Source: an uncultured virus (IMG/VR IMGVR_UViG_3300024252_000008) (Duplodnaviria; Heunggongvirae; Uroviricota; Caudoviricetes; Schitoviridae). From it: a DNA stretch of 64,000 nt. Under the pieces are notes generated by a model. That model did no database searches, had not been told where the DNA came from, and worked only from the letters and a program-made list of their open reading frames with translations. Shown one piece after another: positions 9,554 to 18,891 of the stretch. The stretch lies in the IMG/VR virus record IMGVR_UViG_3300024252_000008; one strand, written 5' to 3'. Made by a program: the position numbers and the translations under genes. How positions within the stretch are numbered: position 1 is the stretch's first letter; the number at the start of each line of letters is the position of its first letter.

Positions 9554-11213
9554 TTACACATAGTATTTATGTAATCGATCCATTAAAAATTGTGCATTGT
9601 TATCAATGAAAGTTTCTTGTTGGGTCCACATACCCATACTGGCACGGATCCTTTCATTGACCGTTTCTTTGGTTAATTGGGTTTGGTATACATACTTAAA
9701 TCCTAAAGTTTCTTCTTCAGGTGTAACAGTAAGTAGTGGATTCTTAAAGTTTGTCAGTTTATTTACCGTTATGGTTCGTGCGCTCACAATAGTACTGAAA
9801 TAAGCCTCAACACCATTTGCTTTTAAAGCACCCTTAATAGGTACCTTTTTCTCAAGAACCATATCTGTCTCATTAAGGATTGACTGAACATGGGCTGTGA
9901 ATATGATATTCTTTGTAGACTTTGCAACATGTTCCTGCATAAGTTTTTTAAAGAATTTTTGGTATTCGGCCCATCCTTTCATTGTATCAGTTATCCGGTC
10001 ATCCAGAATAAACTGTAACTCACACATATCCATTAAAAAGGTTAAACTATCAATTACAATAGTATGAATATCAGGTTTGGATTCAGCATGTACTAATCCC
10101 TCATGAACCTGGTAAGGATTGGTAATATTAAACTGTTGAAATTTAGCTGGAAATGGTAATTTTTTATTCCTTATATTCATATTAGTTCGTTACGCTAATA
10201 TCGAGCTTTTAACTCTGCTCATACTTTCATATGAGAGTAGACTATATCATACGTATTTCTACGTCCCACCGCTTCCACCCACTTGGGTGTACTCTACTTG
10301 CTTATCTTATATAAGATGCTTTCGATAGTCGTTGAACGTTACTTAATGTGTTGATAGGACTGTCTTTTTACAATTTTACTCATGGCGGCGATACTAACAT
10401 TAAATTGTGTAGCTAATGCAGTACAACTAAAATTTTTATCTCTTGCAATATATACTTTTCTAACATATTTGACTTCATCAGGAGTCAGTTTAGATTTATT
10501 CTTTAAATTTGCAAGACATTTAGCTTTAATTTGGGCACTACTATATATGCGTTTTAGCCCAAGACATCCTTTATTTATACCAATTCTATAAGCATGTTGG
10601 ATATTTTCTTGGGCTGTACACCATTCCAAGTTTAAAGCGCAATTATTTAGTTTGTTACCATCAATATGGTTCACTTGAGGCTTATTACACGGATTAATTA
10701 CAAATACTTTAGCGATTAATCTATGCACCATAAAAGTTTTTTTCATAATTCCTACTGATAAATACCCTCTATTATTGAGAGTATATGTTAGTTCCCTTTC
10801 AGGTTTTGTTATCATGTGGAATTTTCCTGTATGTTGCATACCTTTTCCCACAATAGGTATTTTAAGCTTACTTTGGGAAAAGATCTTACCTCTTTCGGTT
10901 ATTCTGTAAATTCCAGTTTCAGTTTCTTCTATGTATTCTTTCATACAATTTCTCCTTTATTTAATTGAGAAGTTGTTCAAAGTACCATATTTAAACTGCT
11001 CTGTCAAGACACGTTAAGTCTTCGCTGCTGATTGCCCACAACATTATTTGTTTGGGGTTTCCAGCAATTCAATGGGTTTAACGAAGCCAATTATTTAGCT
11101 TCACAATTGAAGTAATATACATTTTGGGGATCTTTAATATCCCGTAATGATGCTGATTTACCACCACCACTTGAACCAACAATTAATACAAGATTATCAT
11201 TTTGATCGACCAC
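9554..11213 (-). CDS. N4 gp44-like AAA/Sak4-like ATPase, spliced: exon1 11213-11097, exon2 10168-9554 (243 aa)
   Basis: Exon1 MVDQNDNLVLIVGSSGGGKSASL...YFNCEA joins in frame to NKKLPFP...IVIDSLTFLMD. Confidence 0.85.
10169..11096 (-). mobile_element. Group I intron in gp44-like ATPase
   Basis: P1 GAAGCU/GGCUUC with U.G pair; core elements GAAUUGCUGGAAA, AAUCAGCAG, UUCAACGACUAU, GAUAUAGUCU; terminal omega-G. Confidence 0.9.
10339..10944 (-). CDS. Intron-encoded HNH homing endonuclease
   Basis: VHRLIA...VNHIDGNKLNN...NLEWCT..EN..HA; C-terminal HTH. Confidence 0.9.
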   Translation of the reverse strand: MKEYIEETETGIYRITERGKIFSQSKLKIPIVGKGMQHTGKFHMITKPERELTYTLNNRGYLSVGIMKKTFMVHRLIAKVFVINPCNKPQVNHIDGNKLNNCALNLEWCTAQENIQHAYRIGINKGCLGLKRIYSSAQIKAKCLANLKNKSKLTPDEVKYVRKVYIARDKNFSCTALATQFNVSIAAMSKIVKRQSYQHIK

Positions 11214-11232
11214 ACTTAACCTCCTTTATAGT

Positions 11233-13389
11233 TTATGGTTTTTCTCTTTTAATAATTGCTTTAGATACTGTTCTCATAATAGTATCATCAATTTCTTTAT
11301 CCGGCAGACTGTCAGGTAACCCGGCATTAAGTTTCTTAACCTGGGTTTCAACTATATCTACTGGATAGCCCATATCCACTAAAACTAAAGCATAACGGAC
11401 TAATTGGTTGTTACGGCCACCCATAGTAGAATTCTGTACAAACCAACGCTGTATATTACTTAAAGACTGGTATGTTTGAATTGTTTTCTTTCTTTCATCA
11501 TTCTTACTGGTTCGAGGAATGAATAATCTGGCATCAATTAATTTAATACCAGTATTGTAAGTAAAGAAGTGTTTATGGGTTAGCCATTTACGGCATCTGT
11601 CTTTTGCCTGGATGTCCACATCAAATGGTAACCATTCAAATATATTACACATGAACTCACTGTAATCATCTGTGTCCAGTGTTAACCGGTAATTCATTGG
11701 TAAGATTATTCTGAATCGATGATGAACTGGTGTATGACGTTTTGTAGTATATAAGAAGAATTTGTAGTCTTCTAATAATTTTGAAGCTGCTTCAATAGTA
11801 ACGCCTTTATCATCTATATCCAAAACAATTAAATCAAAGCCTGGCTTAAGGGTATCATTACTTCGATGGCCATTCATGGTAAAATGGTTGATCCAATTAT
11901 GATGAGGCAATTGAGTTAAGATGTGCATCTTGTCCCATGGTGCTGGATCATTTGCATAATTATCTGAGATGTCTGCACTATGAGCAATTCGTAAAGCTCC
12001 TAAATCAACTCTTTTAAGGGTCTCGCCTGTAATGAACTCAATACCATTATTCGTAACATGTTTAATTACGATATGGTTACGATAACCCCAATCAATAGCA
12101 TATTGCATCATCTCTTGTTTTACTTGATTAGAACCACGATAGAATGGCAAGTCTTCAAACAGATCGCCATGAGTAACCTCTCGGCCGATACTGGCAATAT
12201 ACTTAGCTAATTTTACATAAGCCCTGTCCCGGGTTAACATACGATTAAAAGCTTTACCTGATTCTTCGATCATATGAACTGCATGATAAAAATTATCTTC
12301 AGTGATTTCTACTTCATTACCAATGAATGCATAACAGCCAGCTAACTTAAGGGCTTTAAAGTATCGATGAGCCATCTCTGCTTTAGCCGTCTCTTCATGC
12401 TCACCCATCTTTTCAGCTAAATCTTCACAATACATGGTATACTCAATAATTAGGATACTTACTTTTTTGGATACCAATAATGTTTTATTATAATTGGCTA
12501 TGTTAGCCAGTTCCCCAAAAGCAATTGAGGTATCTGATATAAAATCACTTATTGTAGCATCCGTTAAAGAGTTATACCGTTGTTCAGGTGTTAAGGTTTT
12601 GTCTTTTTTGGTTGTTTTAGTGTAACCAAAGATACATCTACGAGCATAACCGGTTTCCAGAAAAGAATCATATTCAGCTTCAGTTCGGCCACCATCTAAT
12701 AATTTACTGGGTGTACCAAATAGTAAAAGATTAGTAGGCGTCCTACCATCAATCTCTTCTGCTCTAAGGTTTTCTTTTGTATTTTTGGTTAGCTTCTGTT
12801 TGATTTTACCAACATCAAATAGTTCCAGGAAAGAAGAGAGTACATCAGCATTACCTAATAGATTGCTGCCAATCTCATCTATCTCCAGATTCATTGAACC
12901 AATACCACCCATTAATAGTTTATACCGCATCTGTTTGATAGCAGCAGTAGTGCCTGAATCAAATGAGAAGGCTAAGGCGCCTAAAGCAGCAAATTCTGAT
13001 TTAACTCTCACTTCAACAGTATCTGGATCCTCATTATGTACAAAGGCCCGTTCTACTGCCAGTTTGGCTAAGTTTTCAGCTGATACAATTGGTTCAGTTA
13101 CATCAAAGAATGTTGATCTGAACTTATCAATTAACTGCTCTTCAATTATATTAGTTGAATGGCCTTTACCCTGTCCACTGGGCGCTAAATTAATTGCATA
13201 CAGATTTACAGGTATTTCACCTCTATCCTGAGTAGCAATCTTAACCCGCATCATAGCTGTAATCTTTGCAAGATAATAACTGATTAATACTCTGAAGAAC
13301 ATTGGATTGGTATTCTGGGTTTTCTTACAGAGTATGTCTACAATCTTTTCAGCAGTTGGATGAAAAGTTAACGTCTGTAAATCTCTCAC
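11233..13389 (-). CDS. N4 gp43-like DNA primase (primase-helicase type)
   Basis: NLAPSGQGKG, FSFDSGT, LDID, YTTKRH...RFRII.P, GGRNNQL; synteny. Confidence 0.85.
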   Translation of the reverse strand: MRDLQTLTFHPTAEKIVDILCKKTQNTNPMFFRVLISYYLAKITAMMRVKIATQDRGEIPVNLYAINLAPSGQGKGHSTNIIEEQLIDKFRSTFFDVTEPIVSAENLAKLAVERAFVHNEDPDTVEVRVKSEFAALGALAFSFDSGTTAAIKQMRYKLLMGGIGSMNLEIDEIGSNLLGNADVLSSFLELFDVGKIKQKLTKNTKENLRAEEIDGRTPTNLLLFGTPSKLLDGGRTEAEYDSFLETGYARRCIFGYTKTTKKDKTLTPEQRYNSLTDATISDFISDTSIAFGELANIANYNKTLLVSKKVSILIIEYTMYCEDLAEKMGEHEETAKAEMAHRYFKALKLAGCYAFIGNEVEITEDNFYHAVHMIEESGKAFNRMLTRDRAYVKLAKYIASIGREVTHGDLFEDLPFYRGSNQVKQEMMQYAIDWGYRNHIVIKHVTNNGIEFITGETLKRVDLGALRIAHSADISDNYANDPAPWDKMHILTQLPHHNWINHFTMNGHRSNDTLKPGFDLIVLDIDDKGVTIEAASKLLEDYKFFLYTTKRHTPVHHRFRIILPMNYRLTLDTDDYSEFMCNIFEWLPFDVDIQAKDRCRKWLTHKHFFTYNTGIKLIDARLFIPRTSKNDERKKTIQTYQSLSNIQRWFVQNSTMGGRNNQLVRYALVLVDMGYPVDIVETQVKKLNAGLPDSLPDKEIDDTIMRTVSKAIIKREKP

Positions 13390-13400
13390 TTATTCCTCCT

Positions 13401-14423
13401 TTAAGGTAACTGTAGTGTTCCATTGTTTAAATATGCATTTTTCTGAGTACACAGTTCATATGCGGTACAATAACCACATCGGCGTACTGTGCCCTTAAAT
13501 TCTTTGATTAAGCCACAATTACCGTCTTTGAGTAGTCTGGCATGGGCTAAGTGGTAATCATCAAAATTTGCGGTACTCCTCTTCGTTTTAGTAGGGTTTT
13601 TGAAGTATTTATACACTGGTTTGCTCTGCCATAGTTCTTCATCAGTGCAAAGGGGTAATTCATGTTCTGGAACCAATTCTAAAGATTTAACTAATTGGAT
13701 CTTCTGACGGATCCAGGATTCAGTTTCCGGAATAGATTTGAGCATTAATTTTTTGGGTACAATGCGAGATGCTGGGTAACCTCGTTTAGCCCTGATCTTT
13801 GAATCAAGCTTGGACCAATCAGTAAATACATATTGGATAAGCATATGATCTGCAGTAACAATATCAGGATTGAGCCAACGATAAATACTACCCTGTAATA
13901 TTTTAAGTTCATCATCATGTGGATCTTTCTTCATGTAACCATATACACCAGTTGATTTGAAGTCTTCTATGATTCCTTCACCAACAAAATCATATTTACC
14001 ACTGACAATATAGCCTTCAATGGTTTTATGTATACGCTGTTCCATATAAACTGGAATACAGTTAGGAACTGCTTGTCGGTCATTGTATGATGGGTTAATA
14101 ACAATTCTATCAATTATTGCTTGTGGGTAACCCAGATCTTTTAATGCTTGTTTATAGTTTTTGATCCAAGCATTCTCGATACCACTATGAATAGCAGTAC
14201 CCATTCTATTGGGTATATTCATTGAAATATCATATTCTGTTTCTTCTGGGTCTACAGCCTGGGCATCAGTAAGTCTACCACTTAAAACAATCATTCTGGC
14301 TGGTTTAAGCAGTCCAGTGACACTTATATGCAATTGCCCGGGAAAGGGATCTTTATCATAAGAATCGGTTACAAGCCATACGGCTATTGAAAGTGATTGG
14401 TTTTCTGTATTAGTATATTTCAT
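13401..14423 (-). CDS. N4 gp42-like PD-(D/E)XK (Cas4-like) exonuclease
   Basis: MGTAIH, EQR, SGKYD, DFKST, QGSIY, C-terminal CGYC..C; probable start MKYTN at 14423. Confidence 0.8.
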   Translation of the reverse strand: MKYTNTENQSLSIAVWLVTDSYDKDPFPGQLHISVTGLLKPARMIVLSGRLTDAQAVDPEETEYDISMNIPNRMGTAIHSGIENAWIKNYKQALKDLGYPQAIIDRIVINPSYNDRQAVPNCIPVYMEQRIHKTIEGYIVSGKYDFVGEGIIEDFKSTGVYGYMKKDPHDDELKILQGSIYRWLNPDIVTADHMLIQYVFTDWSKLDSKIRAKRGYPASRIVPKKLMLKSIPETESWIRQKIQLVKSLELVPEHELPLCTDEELWQSKPVYKYFKNPTKTKRSTANFDDYHLAHARLLKDGNCGLIKEFKGTVRRCGYCTAYELCTQKNAYLNNGTLQLP

Positions 14424-14610
14424 AGTGCACTCCTCTTGTTCCATAGTTTTCATATATCATTAAATTACCTTTATCTCTGAGCCATTTAGCACAATCAGGG
14501 CATAAACCATAACCATTATCTCGATTCCACCATTGTCTGCCTTTTGTACATTTACCACAACAAGAACATTCTAATTGAATTACCGGATTAGACATTTCAT
14601 ATACTCCCAA
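14410..14610 (-). CDS. Small Zn-finger protein
   Basis: CSCCG...GRQWWNRD.GYGLCPDC. Confidence 0.55.
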   Translation of the reverse strand: MGVYEMSNPVIQLECSCCGKCTKGRQWWNRDNGYGLCPDCAKWLRDKGNLMIYENYGTRGVHYEIY

Positions 14611-14762
14611 TAGATTATTTTTCCAAGTACAGATTCAGCCTCTTTATTTGTTATTGGTTCAATAAATTCTTTACGGTATGGTTCCCAACATATTTGATAC
14701 ATCTTTGATTTATCATTTGAACCAATAGCATTAACTAATGTAAAAGATTTTGGCTTTTTCAT
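14580..14762 (-). CDS. Hypothetical protein
   Basis: AAGGA RBS; downstream of a GGA-loop hairpin. Confidence 0.4.
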   Translation of the reverse strand: MKKPKSFTLVNAIGSNDKSKMYQICWEPYRKEFIEPITNKEAESVLGKIIYWEYMKCLIR

Positions 14763-14777
14763 AGTAATCCTTTTAAA

Positions 14778-14792
14778 CCAACCGGAGGTTGG
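14778..14792 (-). promoter_or_regulatory. vRNAP-type hairpin (CCAACC-GGA-GGTTGG) in middle region
   Basis: 6-bp stem with C-GGA-G triloop, as in the early promoters. Confidence 0.45.
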
Positions 14793-14838
14793 CTATTATT
14801 AAATTAATCTTGATATATTATTTAGTGTAATATTTTAA

Positions 14839-15021
14839 TCATCGGTGCGTTTTGCATTTTGGGCAAAAATCCCGGTGATATTGCCAAAGGTTATAGTTGC
14901 CACAACTTTTGCAAGTATAATAAGCAACCGCTGCATTTACTGATTGAGAGGCTTCTTTGATATCGCATCCGCACTCTCGTAATAGACATTTATGTTGGTC
15001 ACAGAAAATCTTTTTATGCAT
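14839..15021 (-). CDS. Small Cys-rich protein
   Basis: CxxC motifs; GAGGA RBS upstream. Confidence 0.4.
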   Translation of the reverse strand: MHKKIFCDQHKCLLRECGCDIKEASQSVNAAVAYYTCKSCGNYNLWQYHRDFCPKCKTHR

Positions 15022-15088
15022 GTTTTTGTCCTCTCAATAAGTAGTTATACTGTTAATGTGTCTCATTTGAGACAGTCATCTAAATATA

Positions 15089-15349
15089 TCATTTAGTTAT
15101 AATTTTATTTAAGCCTTTTTTAAATATACGATAATCGGTGGGCCGGGTTTCAGGATGGGCTTTGTGGTCTTGCTTCATAATGATCATTCGAGCAGCAGCT
15201 GCCCGGGAGACATCAATAGCACTTTCAATAATATGCCATTGATCCCCAAATCTTTTAGCTATATAAAAATTATCTTCAGGTAAAACTGATTTACTATCTG
15301 GATCTTTAATAAGATTTGAATAGAGCGGTAAGATGTTCATGTCAGTCAT
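15089..15349 (-). CDS. Hypothetical protein
   Basis: AAGGAG RBS. Confidence 0.5.
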   Translation of the reverse strand: MTDMNILPLYSNLIKDPDSKSVLPEDNFYIAKRFGDQWHIIESAIDVSRAAAARMIIMKQDHKAHPETRPTDYRIFKKGLNKIITK

Positions 15350-15362
15350 GTGTTACTCCTTT

Positions 15363-15809
15363 TTATTTTAAATAGTCCCATATTCTAAGGGCTTCTTCTT
15401 GATGTCCCGGACAAAGTATCAGATTTGGGTTAATTATGTAAGAGCCTTTTTGAATTGGTTTAGTGCGGTCAATGGTGAATGCTTTTTTAATAATATTTTG
15501 TTTTTTTAATTCTAAGATCCTGGAGCTGAACATAGTCTTTTGGCTTTTATTCATCTGTGATGTTTTTATAAAAGAAATATTATTAGTAGGATTGCGGTTA
15601 CTTTTTAATTGATTAAATAAAGAATAAGCTGGTTTAGACACTTGATCCAATAAATTAAAAATATCCAAGTTTGTTTCCTTTTTACTGTACATACTATTAA
15701 TTCTCCCTATTGCTTGGAATTTACCGAGTTTTTCTTTATGCGTTTCACTGACAATGAGACGCTTACCTTTAATCTCAATAATATTAATGTTGCTTTGTAT
15801 TTGTGGCAT
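15363..15809 (-). CDS. RepL-like winged-helix DNA-binding protein
   Basis: ..I.EL....II........G.YIINPN C-terminal signature; paralog at 41070. Confidence 0.55.
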   Translation of the reverse strand: MPQIQSNINIIEIKGKRLIVSETHKEKLGKFQAIGRINSMYSKKETNLDIFNLLDQVSKPAYSLFNQLKSNRNPTNNISFIKTSQMNKSQKTMFSSRILELKKQNIIKKAFTIDRTKPIQKGSYIINPNLILCPGHQEEALRIWDYLK

Positions 15810-15909
15810 CTGTTATAGTGACCTCATTATTTAGAAAATAAGACTATTAAAGTATGGGGATACTGTGTCTTATTTCGTTTATGCCATCTTATCTGGTACC
15901 TGTTAAAAG

Positions 15910-15959
15910 ATCAAGTATATATTTGAATTTTACTTTAAAAACAAAAATATATACTTGAT
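15910..15959. repeat. 15-bp perfect inverted repeat (ATCAAGTATATATTT / AAATATATACTTGAT)
   Basis: Arms 15910-15924 and 15945-15959, upstream of the RepL-like gene. Confidence 0.85.
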
Positions 15960-16233
15960 TTTGTCTTTTGTAACTATCTGAATTTATTGCCAATAAACAT
16001 TCTGTCATGTACACATATAGTATATAAAGAGGTTTTATATATAATTTATATGACCTTCCTGCTGTCGTAGACGCACTTACCGGTCGCCTTCGCTTCGCTC
16101 GCGCCCTCTGTGCTCACTCCAGCAGTCGGTCGGGAAGGGTGCAGAGGAGAGAGAGCTTTAGCTCGGGTCGACGATAGTACCCTGTACGACAAGACTGCGT
16201 GGAATTTAAATTAAATATTATTTAAATATATTA

Positions 16234-16542
16234 TTAATCACATCGGAGTATCACTTGACCTATTTCAGATAAAGTATGGGCTGGCTGAATTACTTTACCT
16301 TGTCTGTATTCAGTAAGACAAACAGATTCTCTGTAGAAACCATAAATACCTCTATTATTAATTTCTTCGTATCTTCCACGCTCATCTGAAACATTTTCAG
16401 TGATATTATCGGGTTCTTGTTGGAGTTCAAGTTCTTTTAACCCAAAAGCAATTGGTAATGTCTTTTCAGCAGGCCATCGATGCATGTGTGGATGTTTTTC
16501 ATATTTTCGGTTTATAAATCTTCCTACTTCAAATACACTCAT
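16234..16542 (-). CDS. Hypothetical protein
   Basis: ORF in operon. Confidence 0.45.
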   Translation of the reverse strand: MSVFEVGRFINRKYEKHPHMHRWPAEKTLPIAFGLKELELQQEPDNITENVSDERGRYEEINNRGIYGFYRESVCLTEYRQGKVIQPAHTLSEIGQVILRCD

Positions 16543-16546
16543 ATTA

Positions 16547-16867
16547 TTAATCTAAATTATTTATTTTGGCTATGAGGGTCTTTTCAAATTCAGTAAGAGT
16601 AGGGAGGTAAGTGCATTTATTAGTGAAATCTATAGCAGGTACAGTCTTTCTTCGAATTTTATTATTGGGACAGGTCTCAGCATTCATGAAAGCTTTACAT
16701 GCTCTACCGGCAGCAATAGATCTTCCTCTTTTTTTATTGAATTGATCTTTGTCACTACAGAAGGCAACTCCTCTAGCAACAGCCTTAAAAGTATCTTCAT
16801 TATACATCAAAAATACTGCAGTGGTCTTAGGGCCCACTAAGGGCAAATAGTAAGTTAATTTTTTCAT
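16547..16867 (-). CDS. Conserved phage protein (G-x-A-x-C-x3-D-x-F-x4-G-x2-IA-x2-RA family)
   Basis: RGVAFCSDKDQFNKKRGRSIAAGRA. Confidence 0.5.
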   Translation of the reverse strand: MKKLTYYLPLVGPKTTAVFLMYNEDTFKAVARGVAFCSDKDQFNKKRGRSIAAGRACKAFMNAETCPNNKIRRKTVPAIDFTNKCTYLPTLTEFEKTLIAKINNLD

Positions 16868-17151
16868 TCTTTTTCCTTTGGTTCAGGGTTGGTTGTAATA
16901 ATCTCTTTAAATATCTCACTCAGCTCCTGTCTATGTGCCAACAATTCGTTTCTGAGTTCTGTGAGGGTAGTAGCATCACTTTTGAGTAAACGTCTCTTTA
17001 ACACGTTATTTAAGGCTGATTCTATTGTAGGGTAATAAGTAGCATTGTAATATGTTTTTATTCCTTTTTTACTTATGAAGGGTTCTTTATCAGAAATTAC
17101 AAAATCATTAGGTCCACTGCGTAATACAAGATCTCCTATTATAATATGCAT
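16864..17151 (-). CDS. Hypothetical phage protein (DUF5405-like)
   Basis: YYPTIESAL...TL.EL motif. Confidence 0.4.
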   Translation of the reverse strand: MHIIIGDLVLRSGPNDFVISDKEPFISKKGIKTYYNATYYPTIESALNNVLKRRLLKSDATTLTELRNELLAHRQELSEIFKEIITTNPEPKEKE

Positions 17152-17260
17152 AATATTTTCCTTTTTGGTTTAAAAGTAAGGGCAACTGGGAATCAAAGAA
17201 ACTATATGAGGAAACTTTAATTTTAATCCCCCACCCAGTGTAGTGTTGCCCTTAAATTGG

Positions 17261-17857
17261 TTATCTTCTTTTATTTAAATACATTTTAATAATGTTACCG
17301 TTCTTTAAGGCATGAGCTGCAGCAACTGCATCAGCAATATGTTCAAATTTATTGGCTCCCATTGGTACACCCATTGGATGGTAAATATTATCTAAACGTT
17401 TAAGTTGTTTAGAATTTTTAAAATTAACCCTTTTAGTAGTAATATTCCAAGAATGCCGTTTACAAACCTTTATCATCATTTCTTTTTTAGAAGCTGTTTT
17501 TTTACCAGTAAAAGCTACTTTAACTTCTTCTGGGGTTGCCCATTCCATTGATAAATTAAGCATTGTAAATACAGCCACTGATACAGCCATACTGGCTGAC
17601 ATATCTCTCATTGCTGCTGAATTCTGACTGGCAAATCCTGGGCGTTCTCCAATGACTGCTTTGATCTTAAATGCTCTGATAACCCATTCAAGATCAACGG
17701 TAAGCCTAGCCATCCTGTGCACCATGTCATCAGCTACCAATATATTCTTTCTTTTAGTTTTTTTGGTTTGAAGAAGACCAGTATCACAGATCTCTCCATA
17801 CTCATTCCAAACGGCATAACCATAATTAGATAATCCTGGATCAACTGAAAGTACCAT
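17261..17857 (-). CDS. ruvC: RuvC-like Holliday junction resolvase
   Basis: SVDPGLSNYGYA, IGERP, P.EVK...TG...ASK, EHIADAVA. Confidence 0.8.
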   Translation of the reverse strand: MVLSVDPGLSNYGYAVWNEYGEICDTGLLQTKKTKRKNILVADDMVHRMARLTVDLEWVIRAFKIKAVIGERPGFASQNSAAMRDMSASMAVSVAVFTMLNLSMEWATPEEVKVAFTGKKTASKKEMMIKVCKRHSWNITTKRVNFKNSKQLKRLDNIYHPMGVPMGANKFEHIADAVAAAHALKNGNIIKMYLNKRR

Positions 17858-17877
17858 ATTAAGCCTCCTTATAAGCT

Positions 17878-18135
17878 TTAAGATTGATTATGCATGTTAC
17901 TTTGACTTATATTATATTTTTTAGCTAAAGTTCTTTGTGAAATATTTCCTTTAGCATATTCAGTTTTTATTTTTACTGCGTGTATATTAGTTAAAATAGG
18001 GTTCCACCAAACTCGTGGATAAAATGGTGAATTATACCTATAACCCAATACCCAACATTCTATACAAACAGTTTGATTGTTTTGATGAGTATTATCACAA
18101 TAACATCTTTTTGGTATTTCAACTGATAAGATCAT
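17878..18135 (-). CDS. Small protein ending in an HNH-type C-terminal HTH (possible remnant)
   Basis: NIHAVK...EY..GNISQRTLAKKYNISQS. Confidence 0.35.
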   Translation of the reverse strand: MILSVEIPKRCYCDNTHQNNQTVCIECWVLGYRYNSPFYPRVWWNPILTNIHAVKIKTEYAKGNISQRTLAKKYNISQSNMHNQS

Positions 18136-18337
18136 ATATTTTCCTTTCGCCAGTAGATAGTGTTATGCTCCATAATTTAATAGCTTCTTTTTTGGTTAGA
18201 GCTTTAGGTCCTTTAGCCTCACAACTTATACAAAAGACAATATGCGAAAGAGGTCTCAGTCCTCCGCGTGTGCGTTTTGCATAATATCTTACTGCTTTGC
18301 TTTTACAGAATGGACAGATAAGAGTCACATTTGCCAT
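18119..18337 (-). CDS. Lar-like (restriction alleviation) Zn-ribbon protein
   Basis: CPFC...VFC..C.A.GP....KEAI..W. Confidence 0.6.
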   Translation of the reverse strand: MANVTLICPFCKSKAVRYYAKRTRGGLRPLSHIVFCISCEAKGPKALTKKEAIKLWSITLSTGERKIYDLIS

Positions 18338-18528
18338 CCTATTAATTTAGATATTTCTGGAGTCATCCCTCCAAGTTTTTTAAATCTATCATTGAAATAT
18401 TTAGATAGACCGGTATCCACTGTAAAGAATGGGTGTTCCGAAGGAGCAAATCGATGTATGATTGCCATGTCAGTATGGTCTAATTGACCAATAGCAAGTT
18501 TATGTAAGTCTATGTCTTCAGGTGTCAT
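18325..18528 (-). CDS. Hypothetical protein
   Basis: RFAP..HP.F....G.YF...F..LGG.TP.ISK.IGW recurring phage motif. Confidence 0.5.
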   Translation of the reverse strand: MTPEDIDLHKLAIGQLDHTDMAIIHRFAPSEHPFFTVDTGLSKYFNDRFKKLGGMTPEISKLIGWQM

Positions 18529-18881
18529 GATTTCTTTTTCATAAAAGCAAAACCAGCATAACCATCTTTTTCACAGATAGGTTTACATTTTAATAAATAA
18601 GTAGGTAATTCTGGTATCGCCCCTAATTCCCGGGAGTCATCTACTGCAATAAGCAAAGCAGTCTCATGTTCTGCAAAAGATAATTGGCATCCTTTTACCC
18701 CACAATGACAGGATCCTTTTGATTTTTCATAGGCTTCTATTGCCTCTTTTCCCAGCATACCTCCATGATGATCAGAGGCAAATACTACATGACGGGGTGT
18801 AATACAAAATGGGTGAGGGGTACCAATGGTATCTATAATTTCAAATTTATCTGTTTTTGGGTAATGACTTAGATCTGACAT
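18525..18881 (-). CDS. Hypothetical protein
   Basis: AAGGAG RBS; His/Cys-rich. Confidence 0.5.
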   Translation of the reverse strand: MSDLSHYPKTDKFEIIDTIGTPHPFCITPRHVVFASDHHGGMLGKEAIEAYEKSKGSCHCGVKGCQLSFAEHETALLIAVDDSRELGAIPELPTYLLKCKPICEKDGYAGFAFMKKKS

Positions 18882-18891
18882 AATTTACTCC

